DNA from: the human T2T-CHM13v2.0 reference genome, Homo sapiens
Assembly: GCF_009914755.1 (NCBI RefSeq)
Contig: NC_060930.1
Reading direction: 5' to 3' (one strand)
DNA: 64,000 bases
Translations under genes and position numbers: made by a program
Shown here: piece after piece, positions 14,925-30,784 of the stretch
Numbering within the stretch: position 1 is the first letter of the stretch
How the letters are laid out: each line of letters opens with the position of its first letter
The notes under the pieces: generated by a model
Told to the model about the DNA's origin: nothing
The model's database searches: none
The model's input: only the letters and a program-made list of their open reading frames with translations

Positions 14925-15236
14925 TTTTTCTTTTTCTTTTTCTTTTTTTTTTTTTTTTTGAGAAGGAGTTTTGCTTTTATTGCCCAGGCTGGAGTGGAAT
15001 GGCACGATCCCGGCTCACTGCAGCCTCCACCTCCCGGGCAATTCTCCTGCCTCAGCCTCCTGAGTAGCTGAGATTACAGGTGCCCACCACCACACCCAGC
15101 TAATTTTTGTATTTTTAGTAGAGATGGGGTTTCACCGTGTTGGCCAGGCTAGTCTTGAACTCCTAACCTCAGATGATCCACACACCTCAGCCTCCCAAAA
15201 TGCTGGGATTACAGGTGTGAGCCACCGTGCCCAGTC
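14925..15236 (-). mobile_element. AluS
   Basis: Antisense Alu; TSD TAGGGGGACCTTTTC at 14910 and 15237. Confidence 0.95.
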
Positions 15237-15909
15237 TAGGGGGACCTTTTCAAATGTCACGTAATTCCTTTCCTCAGAGATTCTGAAAATTTTTCAATTA
15301 ACAATCATTCTATATTTTCCCATTGTTGTCAATGAGATTGTTTCATATCCTTCAAATGTATTAGGGTGAAAAAATGATTAATCACCCTTACTTGAGCCAA
15401 TGTTTTTACTTTATAAATAAGGAAAACATAGGACCAAGACAAAGATGATAGGACAAATCTGGTATAGTTTAGTGAACTTCCTAATACGCATCACTGTGTT
15501 TTCTGTGCCTTTTGCTCTGGGTGGTCAAACTGCAGAGTAAAAATTGACCTAATTTCACTGGACAAAGAAAATCAATGACATAAAGAAGTATAGAGTAGAG
15601 GAAATGCTAAACTGTTTGATGTTGATTCTAAAAGTGATGGCATCTAGAAAGGGCAAGGCTGCAGGTGAGTCCAGGTGTCGGGGAGGGCTGCGAACATGGA
15701 ACCGGCTGGATACAGGCAAGTGATGGGGGCCACATCTGCCTGATGATACAGTATGCGCTTCTCACAGAGGAGAGAGGCGCCTGGCCTGGACCTCCCTGGG
15801 GGGAGCAGAAGCTGTGAGAGTGTAGTAGTGAGTGCTATACACAGCGTGTGTGTTTGTCGGGTAAAGGGATTATGGACAGAGTTAAAAACAGATGAAACAC
15901 AGTAAAAAA

Positions 15910-16464
15910 TTATTTCCAGGCTGCAGTAGCCAGAGCTAGTTCTAGAAGTTAGAAGTCTGGTGGGCTCAGATGGTTTTTTCAGCTTTGAGTCTCACAAGGC
16001 CTAAATTAAGGAGTCAGACAGATGGGGCTCTTATTTGAGCTCTGAGGGAGAACCCACTTTCAGGCTCATTCAGGTTGTTGACTGAATTTGCTTCCATGCA
16101 TGAGTGGAACTGAGGTTCCTGTGTCCTTGCTGGCTGTCTGGGTGAAGGGTGTTGTTTCCAGCATCTGCAGGTGGACTGCATCCTTTGGCTGACCCTCCCC
16201 TTTCTCCTTCTTCAAAGCCAGCCACGGTGGGCTGAGTCCTTGCCGTGCTTTCAATCTCCGACTTCCACTTCTGCCTTCTCTCTCCTGCCTCTCCTTCTGC
16301 TGAGTGATTGGTGTGTCCCTACCGCTCTAATCCAGGATAATCTCTTTCTTTTAGGAAACATAACCTTAATTCCCCCTGCCATGTCTATTTTGCCAGGTAA
16401 TATAACCTGTTCAAAGCATGGTATCAGGAGTGAAGATCACGGGGGCCCCAGTCCTGTTACCACA
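15910..16464 (-). mobile_element. MLT1D/E-like MaLR LTR
   Basis: GGCTCATTCAGGTTGTTG, AATCCAGGATAATCTC and end ...TACCACA. Confidence 0.65.
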
Positions 16465-16540
16465 GCGGCCTCTGGCCTTAGAAAATGAGAGTATATAGGT
16501 ATGCATTTGTATAAAGGAACACTTGAGTGATATGAAATAG

Positions 16541-16546
<6 letters not shown>

Positions 16547-16572
<26 letters not shown>
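16547..16572. repeat. (TG)n microsatellite
   Basis: Direct read. Confidence 0.95.
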
Positions 16573-17058
16573 ATGGTTAGCTGTAGTTGGTGATTAGTAT
16601 GAGGAAAAGGTTATGAATTGTGACTTCTCAGAGTAAAGCATTTTATAGCATTATGATTTTTGAATCAAGTGAATGTATTATCTGGTTTAAAAAATAAATA
16701 CCCTCAAAAAATTAAAAACAGAATTACTTTATTGTGATGGTTAATTTTATGTGTCAATTTGTGCAGCAGGGTGCCTAGATTGAATATTATTTCTGGCTAA
16801 GCCTGTGAGGCTGTTTCCGGATAAGATTGGCATTGGAGTTGGTGGACTCCGTAAAGTAGATTGTCCTTCTCAGTGTGGGTGGCCATCATTCTAACCAGTG
16901 AGGGCCTGAATAGAACAAAAAGATGGAAAAGGAGAAATGTGTCCTTTCTTGTCCCCCGTGCCTGCCTGCTTGAGCTGGAACATTGGTCTTCTCCTGCCCT
17001 TGAACTGGGATTTGTACCCTCGGCTTCCCTGGTTTTCAGGCCTTTGGATTCAGACTAG

Positions 17059-17462
<404 letters not shown>

Positions 17463-17473
17463 TACCTATCTCC

Positions 17474-17491
17474 TATCTATCTATCTATCTA

Positions 17492-17542
<51 letters not shown>
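17474..17542. repeat. (TCTA)n tetranucleotide STR
   Basis: 12 perfect TCTA units at 17493-17540 with degenerate flanks. Confidence 0.95.
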
Positions 17543-17655
17543 AATCATCTATCCATTATCTATCATCTACCTATCCATTATCTATCTATTATCTGTCTAT
17601 CAATCATCTCTTTCCCTCCTTCCTATGGGTTCTATTTCTGTTGAGAATGAATACA

Positions 17656-18375
17656 CATATGATCCAGCAATTCCACTTTAGGGTATATTTACAAAAGAAT
17701 TGAAAGCATGGTCTTGAAGAGATATTTTCTATACCGATGTTCATAGCAGAGTTATTCACAATAGCCAAGAGCTGGAAGCAACCCTAATGTCTATTGATGG
17801 ATGCATGGATAAGCAAAATGTGGTGTATACACACAATGGAGTATTAGCATTGAAAAGGAAGGAAATTCTGACATATGTTTCTGACATATGGTGGAAACTT
17901 GAGGACATTATGTTAAGTGAAACAAGCCAGTCACAGAAAGACAAATACTATACGATTCCACTTATATGAGAGCTCTAGAGTAGTCAAATTCCTGGAAACA
18001 GAAAGTAGAATGGTGGTGGCCAGGGAAATGGAGAGTGTTTGTTAATGGGTGGAACTTCAGTTTTGCAAGATAAAAAGGTTGTGGAGATTGGTTGTACAAC
18101 AGTGAACATACTTAACACTACTGAACTGTATACTTAAAGACAGTTAAGCCAAGTGCAGTGGTATATGCCAGTAATGCCAGCTACTCAGAGAGGGGAGAAT
18201 CACTTGAGGCCAAGAATTCAAAGATGTAGTGTGCTGTGATGGCACCTGTGAATAGCCACTGAACTCCAGCCTGGGCAACATAGCAAGACCCTGTCTCTTT
18301 CCAAAAATGGTTAAGATGGCAACATTTATGTTATGTGTATTTTGCCACAATTGAAAATGTTTAAAAATTAAGAAA
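17656..18375 (+). mobile_element. L1MB 3' region
   Basis: ATGATCCAGCAATTCCACT, GTTCATAGCAG, GAAAGTAGAATGGTGG, ACTGAACTGTATACTTAAA. Confidence 0.85.
18147..18297 (+). mobile_element. FAM (fossil Alu monomer)
   Basis: Monomer with diagnostic GTAGTGTGCTGTGATGGCACCTGTGAATAGCCACTG; degenerate TSD AAAGACAGTTAA/AAAAATGGTTAA. Confidence 0.85.
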
Positions 18376-19068
18376 AATAAGTAAAAGCTATGTTATCTCA
18401 GAAAGTGGATGAAATGAAGAAGAGGAGCTGGCATTCCCATGGTCCAGAGCCCCGCCTCTAACCCTCATTCTCTGCTCACCCCATGCTACCAACTGGGCAA
18501 ATACGTCCAGTGGCTATTAATCTCACTGGCTAAATTGAAGCTGCTGCTAGGCTCTCTTAACCAGTGGCTTAAATAGCATAAATGCTACAGGGCTGTGTCC
18601 ACGTAGCAGGGGCTGACTCATCCCTGGGAGTGTGGTAAATCTTGGTCTGCATCTTGATTTCAGACTGAATTCTCATAAGAATCTCCTACTCTGTGGTTTG
18701 CTTCCCTGGATATTTTATTTCATGTTCTAGAAGAAAATACTTCCTCAGATGACTGGCAGTGGGCACATTCTATTCCTTCAGGTGAATCCCCATCCTTTAC
18801 CCTTAAAGTTATCCTCACTCAATGTACCCCAACAGGAAAAATATTTCTGAATACAGTAGTCTAACAAGAGTACATTTTGGTCATGACTAACACCATCATT
18901 CAGAAGTGACTATCAATTCTCTTCCTCATTGTTAGGTTGGGATGCCATGAGCCTGGTCCAACTTATTTTGTGTTTTTGCTTCAGTTCTTGATGGATTCTT
19001 TCCTATTCCTTACCTCTTAAAAAAATCTGAAAAAAATCTACCTATCAGTCGATATCTATCAGGTGATA

Positions 19069-19450
19069 TGATGAGCTGATTTGTACACCCACCCAAATTC
19101 ATGTCTTGAAGACCTAATGCTTAGTACCTCAAATATGACTGTATTTGGAGATAGAGTCTTTAAAGATGTAATTAATTGAAAATTAGTTTACTAGGTGGGC
19201 CCTAATTCAATAAGACTGATGTCCTCATAAGAAGAGGAAATTAGCACATAGTCACAGAGGGAAGACCTATGAAGAGACCGGGAAAAGATGACCATCTACA
19301 GGCCAAGGGGAGAGGCCTCAGAAGAAACCAACCCTGCCAACACCTTGGTCTCGGACTTCCAGCCTCCAGAATTGTGAGAAAATAAATTTCTGTTGCTTAA
19401 ACCCCCCAGTATGTGGCCCGTTGTTATGGCCACCCGAGCAAACAAATTCA
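19069..19450 (+). mobile_element. MLT1A-like MaLR LTR
   Basis: TGACTGTATTTGGAGATAG...GGACTTCCAGCCTCCAGAATTGTGAGAAAATAAATTTC. Confidence 0.8.
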
Positions 19451-19951
19451 GGCCAATAACTGAATCTCCCTCCTCAGGAACCATCAATAATTCCACACAA
19501 GGAAGACAAACATTTTCCTAGAGAAGTCAGTACCCACACCTGCTGAGCATTAGCTCCGGCCACACACACAAATTTACTTTACCAAAATGACGACTTCCTT
19601 TTCAGGCTACAACATCTGTTCCTCTAGTTGTTGAGCGATTTTCTTGAAATGCTTGTGCACTTACTTTACATTTGTGTAATTAAAAGTGAAGGGTGTTGGC
19701 ATGTCTGTGTTGGAGCAGGAAGGAAATTCAGCAGTGCGGAGAGGGGAGGAGCCACTCCAGCTGTCGCTCCAGCTGGGGCCTTTTGGGCCTGTTGTGCCTT
19801 AGCCAGTGGCCTCTCATGCACAGAAACATGGTGCTTCTGGCACAGCCTGTTGGACCCAAAGTGTCACACTACCGACTCTGGACTCGATTCATCACTGTCC
19901 TTAATTCTCCCTTCCATGTCATACTGCCTTCCACTCTCACTCCCTAAGTCA

Positions 19952-19989
19952 GTGTGTGCGTGAGTGTGTGTGTGTGTGTGTGTGTGTGT
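19952..19989. repeat. (TG)n microsatellite
   Basis: Direct read. Confidence 0.95.
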
Positions 19990-22122
19990 AGTCTGAAATA
20001 ACTCCTGAAGTTGTACTAAGGGAGAGGCTGCATTGCTAATGGCTACAAACCATACTTGCTCCAGGAGCAAAGGAAGAGAGATGAGATGACGGCATGCCTG
20101 CCTGGAAGAATAAAGCAAAGCACACAAGGTCCTCTTTCAGTTTATTATGTTTTTCCATCTAATTGTGGAAAGATTCAGTTTGCTTTGTTTCTCTCCTCAT
20201 GCAGTGCGTAGGGAGAATAACCCAGGAAGATGATATGTCAGGAAGTCAGGAGACATTCCCGTTTGTGATATCGGAAGGGAGAGGGGCCCTAATTTCCCAG
20301 ATGGATTTTTAGGCTGCCGAAGCTGAGCTGCAATGATGTCTACAGCACCATGGTTAGCGCCCACACAGAAACGCACATTTGTCTTCCCTCCTTGAACTTG
20401 TGAAGTGTGTGAGGGCTTTTCTGAGTGGAATGGAGCAGTGGGGCAGACTGACCTTGTTAGGATTCTCTATTGTAGGGCCATTCTGGCTGATCGGGTGATT
20501 TGAGTGTTGAAAAAGCAAGCTGTCCTAATAGTTTCTTTATAAACATGTTTAGACCCAGATAAAAGGCTGAACCCTAAACCGGGTATAAAATGGCTGATTT
20601 CCTTCGAGACCTACAGGGTGTTTGCTAGTTCCCTCAGCTGGGCTGGAAAGGCCGCATGAAGCCTGAGGGCTTATTTCTAAATACATACACACCCCATGGC
20701 TCTAGTTTATTTATAAAAATACAGACTACAGACATAAGGACACAACTCTGAGGAACCGTGAGTCCTCTTCATATGCTTAGAACTGAAAGACAAGCCTAAG
20801 TTATTTTGAGTGTAAACACTTCAGTTTTTCATAGAACGGGAGCCTTTCCATTTGACTTCATTGGTCAAAAAGCCAAACTGTTATTAAACAGTGATTGTTG
20901 ATCATCTAAACCAGGAGGGAAAAGTATCTAGAATTACTAAGTGTTTATAAAATACGAATTGCCTTAAAAAAAATTGCAGATAGAAACAGAGCCCTGGAAT
21001 CATCAAAGTCACTGAGATCTGATGGAACAGAGAATTACCGTGAATTCAAACGTGAATTCAAACAGGTGAGATCCCACATGCCAAGACCTCAAAGGGCAGC
21101 TTGGAGCCCCACAGAAACAATAAAAACAAACAGGTCTCTTGTTTAGTCAACTTGGGTCTGGGTCAATTTTATCTATTTATACAGATGTAACAGGAGGTCT
21201 GAAGCTCGCATTTCAAACACGGAGTCATTAACCATGAAAAGTCACCCTGCGAAGGGAGAATGTGCAGCTGGTCTGTCGATTGGCAAAAGCAGCGAACCCC
21301 GGGGATGGTGCGCAGCATGTCGTTAGTGTAGTCAGAGAGCGGCACTGTCACTAGGATACTACAAATTACTGTGGAGCTGGGGTGGCTTGTCACTCAGGGA
21401 GTTGGCAGCCCAGAGGAGCTCATCTCCGTGGGCCTCCAGTGTTAAAATGAGGAATTGGACCAGATTGGTGTTTCCTCAACTATGATCCACAAAAATAGGA
21501 TTCTATGGGTAAGTTTAGAAAAGTCTGGGTTCAATAAGTTAAATAGGATTCTTTACTTTGATATTTCATAGATTCAATATTTTAAGGATATTGTGACTCC
21601 CCCCAAATGGGGATAAGATAAATGATGTTCCCCAAAGGTGCTTGAACACAGAATTATTTGGGAAATGTTGAGCCAGCAGGTCTAATATTCCAGGATTCCA
21701 GAGAGAGAATGAGGCCATGAGAGGCAGGAGTGGAGAAAGAGAGAGACCCCTGGCTCCTGCTTCCAGAACCCCCTCTGTGCCTTCCTGAGAATGGAAGAAG
21801 CTGGAAGGGGCCCCTTGGAGTCTTTATGGCAATGGCAGAGGTTATAATTTTGCAAAAAAAAAAACACAAAAAAACAAAGCAAAACAAAACAAAACTAGCA
21901 CTTTCTAATTAGGATGAAACTTGTATTTAGGCACAGTATATACTGACCTGTGATGTGTTGGTTTAGGTGCTAAAAAGTTAACCCTCTCAAAATTCTTTAG
22001 CCACTAACAATGAATCTCTTAATTCCAGTCACATTCTTTGTGTCATGTTAAAATGCAAATATCCCAGGAGAGAGACCTGACATGTTATAAATATTGTATG
22101 AAGCTCTTAGACTCTTTTCTGA

Positions 22123-22217
22123 GGAAGGAAGGAAAGAAGGATGGGAAGAAGGAAGGAAGGAAGAAGGAAGGAAGGAAGGAAGGAAGGAAGGAAGGAAGGA
22201 AGGAAGGAAGGAAGGAA
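22123..22217 (+). repeat. (GGAA)n microsatellite
   Basis: 13 consecutive GGAA at 22166-22217; 20 GGAA units in total. Confidence 0.95.
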
Positions 22218-22259
22218 GATTGTAAAAATGGCATAAGAGGGCTCAGGTTTTCCTGAGTT

Positions 22260-22690
22260 GCACTAAGATTAGGTTCCCTGTAGCAGAGCCTGAGACAGGG
22301 ATTCTGGTGAAGAGGGCTGTTGAAGGCATGTTCTTGGGAGAAAGGGAATTGGGAAAACAAGATCTGACAGGGGAAGAAAGCTAAGCAAGGATGAGTTCTG
22401 CCACAGCCAGGCCCCACAGGGGAGCTCTGGGCCATAGCCGCCCCACAATTTGTCTCATCCGGAGACAGAGGCCAACCTTTTGTATCTCTGTGTCAGGCAG
22501 TCATTAGTTGCCAGCTGCCCCATCCTGTGTCCCTGAGTGGGGTGCAACCTTCCAGACAAGGACGCTCCCATTCAGCTGAGGGCACTGCTCTAGGGAAGGG
22601 GGCGGTGTGAGTAGTCAGGGGCCAACACTCACAGTAACTGCAGCCAGATGGAGAGGATCTGGGTGGGGCACCGGCTGCACCCACTCCACA
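22260..22690 (-). mobile_element. LTR16-like ERVL LTR
   Basis: GCAGAGCCTGAGACAGGGATT, GGAGCTCTG, CAGTCATT and GATCTGGGTGGGGCACC...CCACA motifs. Confidence 0.6.
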
Positions 22691-23532
22691 TGTATTCAGA
22701 ATTGGCTCTGTTTGACTCACAAAATTTCAAGTAACTGAAATAGCTTATGAAATTCCTCGCATTTCTTCTTCTCTTGGAGTCCTAAGTGTTGATTAAAAAA
22801 AGCCTTTTCTAGTGAGAGCTTGACATTTCCTTGGGGGAATTTTAACAATACTCTAAGCTCTTCTCTCAGTTCCGGTAATTATTAAGGATTAAAGGAATTG
22901 TGATGTTCTCTGGTCTGTCTAGATTATTTTTCTTTCTATCAGAAGGATTTTTCAAAGGGCACTTGACATGCCCATATCCTTTTGAGCAATACTAAAATTC
23001 TGTATTTAAAAAAAGGTGTAGGGGGGCTACTTATCTTTTGAGAAGAAAAAGCTAGTTTCATGGCTTTCATTTTTCTCACAAATCTGCCCACACACACACA
23101 CACACAAGGAAAGAAAACCTTCTGCCTTTCAGACACTCTTTTTTTTAAAAAAACATAAAGCAATTCTAGACCTATTTTGAGGAGATTTCAAGGTAATCCT
23201 TTTTAGTTCTCAGTGTAAAATAAGAATAATGTGGCTCTCAATGTAAAAGTTTTTAAAAATAATTTGCCTAATAATCATTATTTAGCTATAAAGTCTTTCT
23301 GGAGCGTGCCTTGAAGAACTGCGAAGGGCTTTATTTATTTATTTATTTTTATTTTTTACCCTCCAAAAGAATGCTTGATTTGAAGGGCTTAGGTTCTTTT
23401 CAAAGCCTCCAGTTCTCTTTTCTATTTATCTATCAAATGATAGGGGGAATTCAGCTTAATCCATTCCCCTATTTCTGCGGGTGTTTGGTGTAGGGGAGCC
23501 CAGGGGGAGCTTCCCCTTCCCCCTCTGAAAGT

Positions 23533-24478
<946 letters not shown>

Positions 24479-24752
24479 AAGTTCACTAAAAAAGTCAACT
24501 CCCAAAAGGCAGATGAATTGGAGGAAAGGCATACAGATTTACTTAATGTGTACACAACATGCATATGGGAGAATCCCGGAGTGACTGCCCACCCTGCAAG
24601 GTGGTTCAGACGCATGTGTATCATCCTAGCAGAACAGGTGGGGAGCAGGGAGGATTTGGTTGAGGGAATCTGGGGAGAATGAATGGATCAGGGAGCAGAG
24701 ATTAACTTGTATGTTATCTTGTGAATGGATCTGTTCAGGTGTGAATAGGTTA

Positions 24753-25813
<1,061 letters not shown>

Positions 25814-28189
25814 GTTACAGTCTTGGTTTTACAGGGAGAGGAAGAAAAAACAAAAACAATTGTTCCTTTTGGTGGGTTGCTTTAGGCAGATAAAGGCATC
25901 CTGTGTTTTGGGAGAGAGAGTGAGGGAGGGAAGGTCAGAAAGACCTTGAGGCTTCTTCAGTTCAGCATGGAAAAGTGTCAGATTCTGGGATATTGGTTTC
26001 TGACCCCCAACATTGGCAAGCTTATTTAGGTGATCTTAACAACCTGCCTATACTATAAAGTTGCTTTTCTAATCATCCTGGAAATTCATCAAAGGTGCAT
26101 GGAAATTTCTAGAAGATCCTATCAGAGGCTGTATGGTCTCTGGAAGTCCAAGCACAGAGCCAGGAATCAGCAAAGTCATGGCCAGTATGAAGAAGACAAA
26201 TGACACTCCTCACGTGTCTGTGGAGAGGTCCTGTCTATCACCCTCGCCAGATTAGATGATTCTTTTCTGAAAGGGAATTGTCTTTTGTTCCCCAAGAGCC
26301 TTGCACAAAAGAGGCACTTAAAGTAAATTACAAAACTCTGCATCATCCTGCCTGATATTCTTTTTGATGGTATGAGTGTGTGTGTGGGGCGGGGATGAGG
26401 GGGGTGGAGAAAGTGCTGAGGAGGATGCCATCTGGCAAAAACTATTTTGTCATCTTTCCCTTTTCCGTGGCTTATTTGCAAAATACATGCTTTCAATTTT
26501 CCAGGCTTTGGCTCTATATTCAAAGTTAAGCTCTTAGAATTCCAAAAATAATATCCCCTTCCCCTTAAAAAAAATAAAAAAGCTCTTTTATTTTTTTCTC
26601 TCAAAAAAGCCTGGCTTTTATAAATAAAAAGTACTATGGCTTCCAAGCAATTGGGTCTGCTATGAATTTACAAAATCCACGCAGCAATTCATTTGACTTC
26701 AGGCTCCCTCCCCTGGAGAACAGTGTGTATCTAAGCATTGTCATGAAAGCCAAACTATAGCTTCCATGGTAGAAATTTACAAGGAAGAAGAGGAACAGCA
26801 GCTTCCTAATATAGCTAAACACTATGCCCAACACATTAGTACCTGTTTGTAGAATTAGATTGCATGCCATGGACATGGGTAGGGGTTTCCAGCAGGGACT
26901 GGGAACTGAAAGCCACCAGCTGACAGCACACCCAGGTCTTAGGGAGCACTCCACAGCATAGTGCTTGTCCTCCTCAAGGAATAAACTCGCCTCATCCATC
27001 AGAGAAAACAGAAGTCCTCGGGTCTAATCACCATCCATTTTCTTCCCTGGTCCCCACTTCTAAGCTAACCTCAGTGAGTGCCTATCCTTTCCTTCCTTCC
27101 TTCCTCCTGACTCCAAAGATGAATCTGTTCCTATTTCTGTTCAATGCGGTCCTGGAAGATGTCTAATTGTCTGTGGAGACATGGGGTAAATACCCCTCTT
27201 GTGTGGCTCCGTGGCTGATTCGGCATCTGTCACCTCTGTCGCCCCAGGTCAGTGCTCCTCCCATCTTGACACAGCTGTCTCTGCTCTGAATCTGTTAGAC
27301 ACATCTGTCTCCCCGTGGGGTGGCGAGCTGCTCAAGGGTGGTGACCGTACCTGATTCCTGTTTTCTCTTCAGAATGTAGCACATCACTTGCATACTATAC
27401 ATGCCCCTTATAGGATTGTGGAACAGTGACAAAATGAGTCATACGCTTCAAGGAAATTAACATGGAAGTGCTGTGTGAAATGGACAGGAGAATAGAAAAA
27501 TTGGTGATGAGACTAACTGTCAGAAAGCTTTCAGAAGAGTCTGCTTCATAGGCAATAAGCTCCTGAATAGCCAAGTGTGGCAGGTAGAAGAGAAGGATCA
27601 TCTGCAAGAGAGAGTTCAGAGGTAGACTTAGCAGGCTCTGAACAGTTAAAGCAGGCTGGCAAGGAGGGGAATGGAGTTGCTCACTTTTGGGAACCATTAT
27701 CAAATTTTGACAGCATTAATTCATTAATTCAATTTGTATATAGTGCCCCTTCTCATGCCAGGTACTATTCTAGGGGCTAGGGACAAAGATACAAACAAAA
27801 GGAAACAAAGTGAAATATAAAACCAGTTAAAAGAATCAGATTTAAGAGGGGGAAGTGGAAGTAATACATTCAATTTTTTTTAGCTTGTGAAGTTTGACAT
27901 GTAGTGGCCAGTGGGAAATCTAGTACTGCAACTTTGGAGAGGATTCAGGTATTTAGATACATATTTGGGAGTCATTATGCAAAGGAACTAGTTATTCTAG
28001 GAACCCAAGGATAATGATTGCAGGAAGAATTAATGAGAAGGTATGCTCTTGTGAATTTCTTGAAATATAAATTTTGAAACATATCCTACAAACAGTTGAG
28101 CAAAACAAGTAGAAGTTGCTTTTCTACGGGGAACACAAGCTAAGGCGTATTAATGAAGCCATAGAAATAGTCACTGGGACTAGTCATAA

Positions 28190-28562
28190 ATATGGTGGTT
28201 TTCTCTCCCTTCTGGGAACATGTAGGACTACATATCCTTAACCCTTAACCTGGCTTTGTTTAATGAACTGTGGGTGGAGTGATGTGGATGACTTCTAGCT
28301 GTAAGCTTTAAAAGACAGAATACAGTTTGCCAATTCCCTTTCTCTCCTGTGTGCTCATTAAGACACATAAGACACATATTTAGATGAAGCTCTTCGTTAG
28401 GCTACATCCCCAAGTGACTACAGGAGCAGAGCCACTCTGCTGATCTGTGCTGAACCTATGTAGTATGAGTGAAAAATAAGTAAGTAGCTTATTGTGCTAA
28501 GCTACTAAGCATTGGGGGTTATTAATTACTGCAATATAACATAGACTACCCTGACCAATACG
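28190..28562 (+). mobile_element. Old MLT1 (H/I/J-type) LTR
   Basis: Ends TTATTGTGCTAAGCTACTAAG...CCTGACCAATAC. Confidence 0.55.
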
Positions 28563-28652
28563 CAGGCTAAACTGCTGCAATGAACAACCAGAATATACTG
28601 TCCACTACATGGGTCATTCAGGGTCCTGGGTTCCTTCCATTTTATAGCCTTT

Positions 28653-28952
<300 letters not shown>

Positions 28953-29269
28953 CATTTTATAGCCTTCCGTTGCTCTAGTGCATTTCCTCATCCACATAAA
29001 GATTGCACTCTAGTTCCACACCTGCATTCCAGTCATAGGGAAGGGGCAAAGAGGAAACAAAAGGCAATTAATTTCCTTTTATGGAAGTTACATTGCAGTT
29101 GGATATGTCACTCCTCCTCACATTGCATTGGTGAGAACCCACTCACAAGGTCACATCTAGCAGCATGGGTACCACTAAATTTGGATGAGAATGGGATGGG
29201 TTCTATCACTAAAAAGAAGAAAGGCAGAATGGATAATGGGACAATTAACAGTGTCTGCCACAGGGTACA

Positions 29270-30170
29270 TAGAATGTTTAAGAAACTGAAGTAAATGTAG
29301 TATGGCTGGAGAGTACAGTGAGACATGGAGAGTGCTCAGAAAGAGGCAGTAGAGGTAAGGGAGGGGGCCAAGATTAAGGAGGCCTGAAAACATTGACTTA
29401 GAGGTAATGGAAAGCCCCTGAAGAGTTTTAAGTGGAAGAATACCACAATCAGATTTGCATTTTGAAAGATTCTCTTAATTTCAGGAGGGAGGATAGAATG
29501 AAGATGAATTAGGCAGTTTTTGCAGGTTCCAGAGAAGAGCTCGTGGTCACTTACACTGGGTTAGGGGCTATGGAGAGAGGAAGAGGAAATTGAATTCCAT
29601 AGCTATGTAGAACACAGAATCAAGAATATCAAAAGATGCAGATGAGAAATATAAAGGCTGAGGGAAAGGGAAAAGTTAAAGATGTTCCCAGATTTTCTGG
29701 CTTTCGGATTGACATTCTGTCATTTTCTGGAGGGAAAATTCTGGCAGAAGAACAGGTTTACTTGGGAAGAGATGAGTGCCATATTGAGCATGCTATGTTT
29801 AATATGCCTGTGAGACATCCAAATATAGATATCTAGTAGTCAGTTGTATCTATGGGCTTGGGTTCAGGAGAGAGATCTAGGGTAGACCTAAAAGGCTGGG
29901 AATTGTTAACATATGGATGATCCTTAAATCCAAGCAAGGGGATGAAATGGCCCAAGAAAAGTTGCTTAAGAAGAAAAAAAGAATTCTTAAGAACATCAAC
30001 ATTTTTAAAAAAGGGGAAAGAGGGAGAAACCAACTATGAGAATTGAAGAGGAAGTGCCAGAGGGAAGGCGAAACACCTGGACAAAAGTCACTTCATGGAT
30101 GATGAAGGAAGCAAGAGTTTCAAGGAGACAGTGAGCAAATGTACGAAAACTTGCTGAGAAGTAAAGCAAA
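29270..30170 (-). mobile_element. L2 fragment
   Basis: CAGATTTGCATTTTGAAAGATT, GCCTGTGAGACATCCAAAT, TCAGGAGAGAGATCTAGG. Confidence 0.75.
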
Positions 30171-30784
30171 AGTGCAGAAAATAAAAGGAGGTTAAATATA
30201 GTCTGTACATCAAGAGGCAGAAAGCAAATAAAACTGCTAGGATGAAAAAACTAGTCAACTAGTCAGAATAAAAAGAAAAGGAGCATGCAATAAAATGATT
30301 GAAGTTAGGGCAAATTTAACAGCTATGTCATGAAGGGTAAAGTGCAATGAAAATATTTGATTGTTTTTAAAATATAAGTACAAATATATGTTACTTACAG
30401 TATGGTTGATAGAGACTCAAGACATCAATAACAATATTTTATGGAATAAACAAGCATTGCTTAGAAAATTTGAATAGCAAAATAAATAAATAATTATAGA
30501 ATGATTAATTCCACAAAGAAACCACTCCAGTTTTAGGTATTCATACAAATGATTAAATGTAAAACCTTTAAGATAAAAAATGTTAGGAAAAAATTACTGA
30601 AATTAACTTGAAGCAGTTAAAAAAACTTCAATCAATCAGCATAAAAAAATCAGAATTTTTTTAAAATTTGAGGACTGAAAAGTCTTATTTGTTATATCTT
30701 TTAAGTTTGACAAAGTACTTTCTTGCTACCTAAACTAATGCAGAATATGAAAATAAAAAGTTAAAACACTTTCAAAATTGAAAT

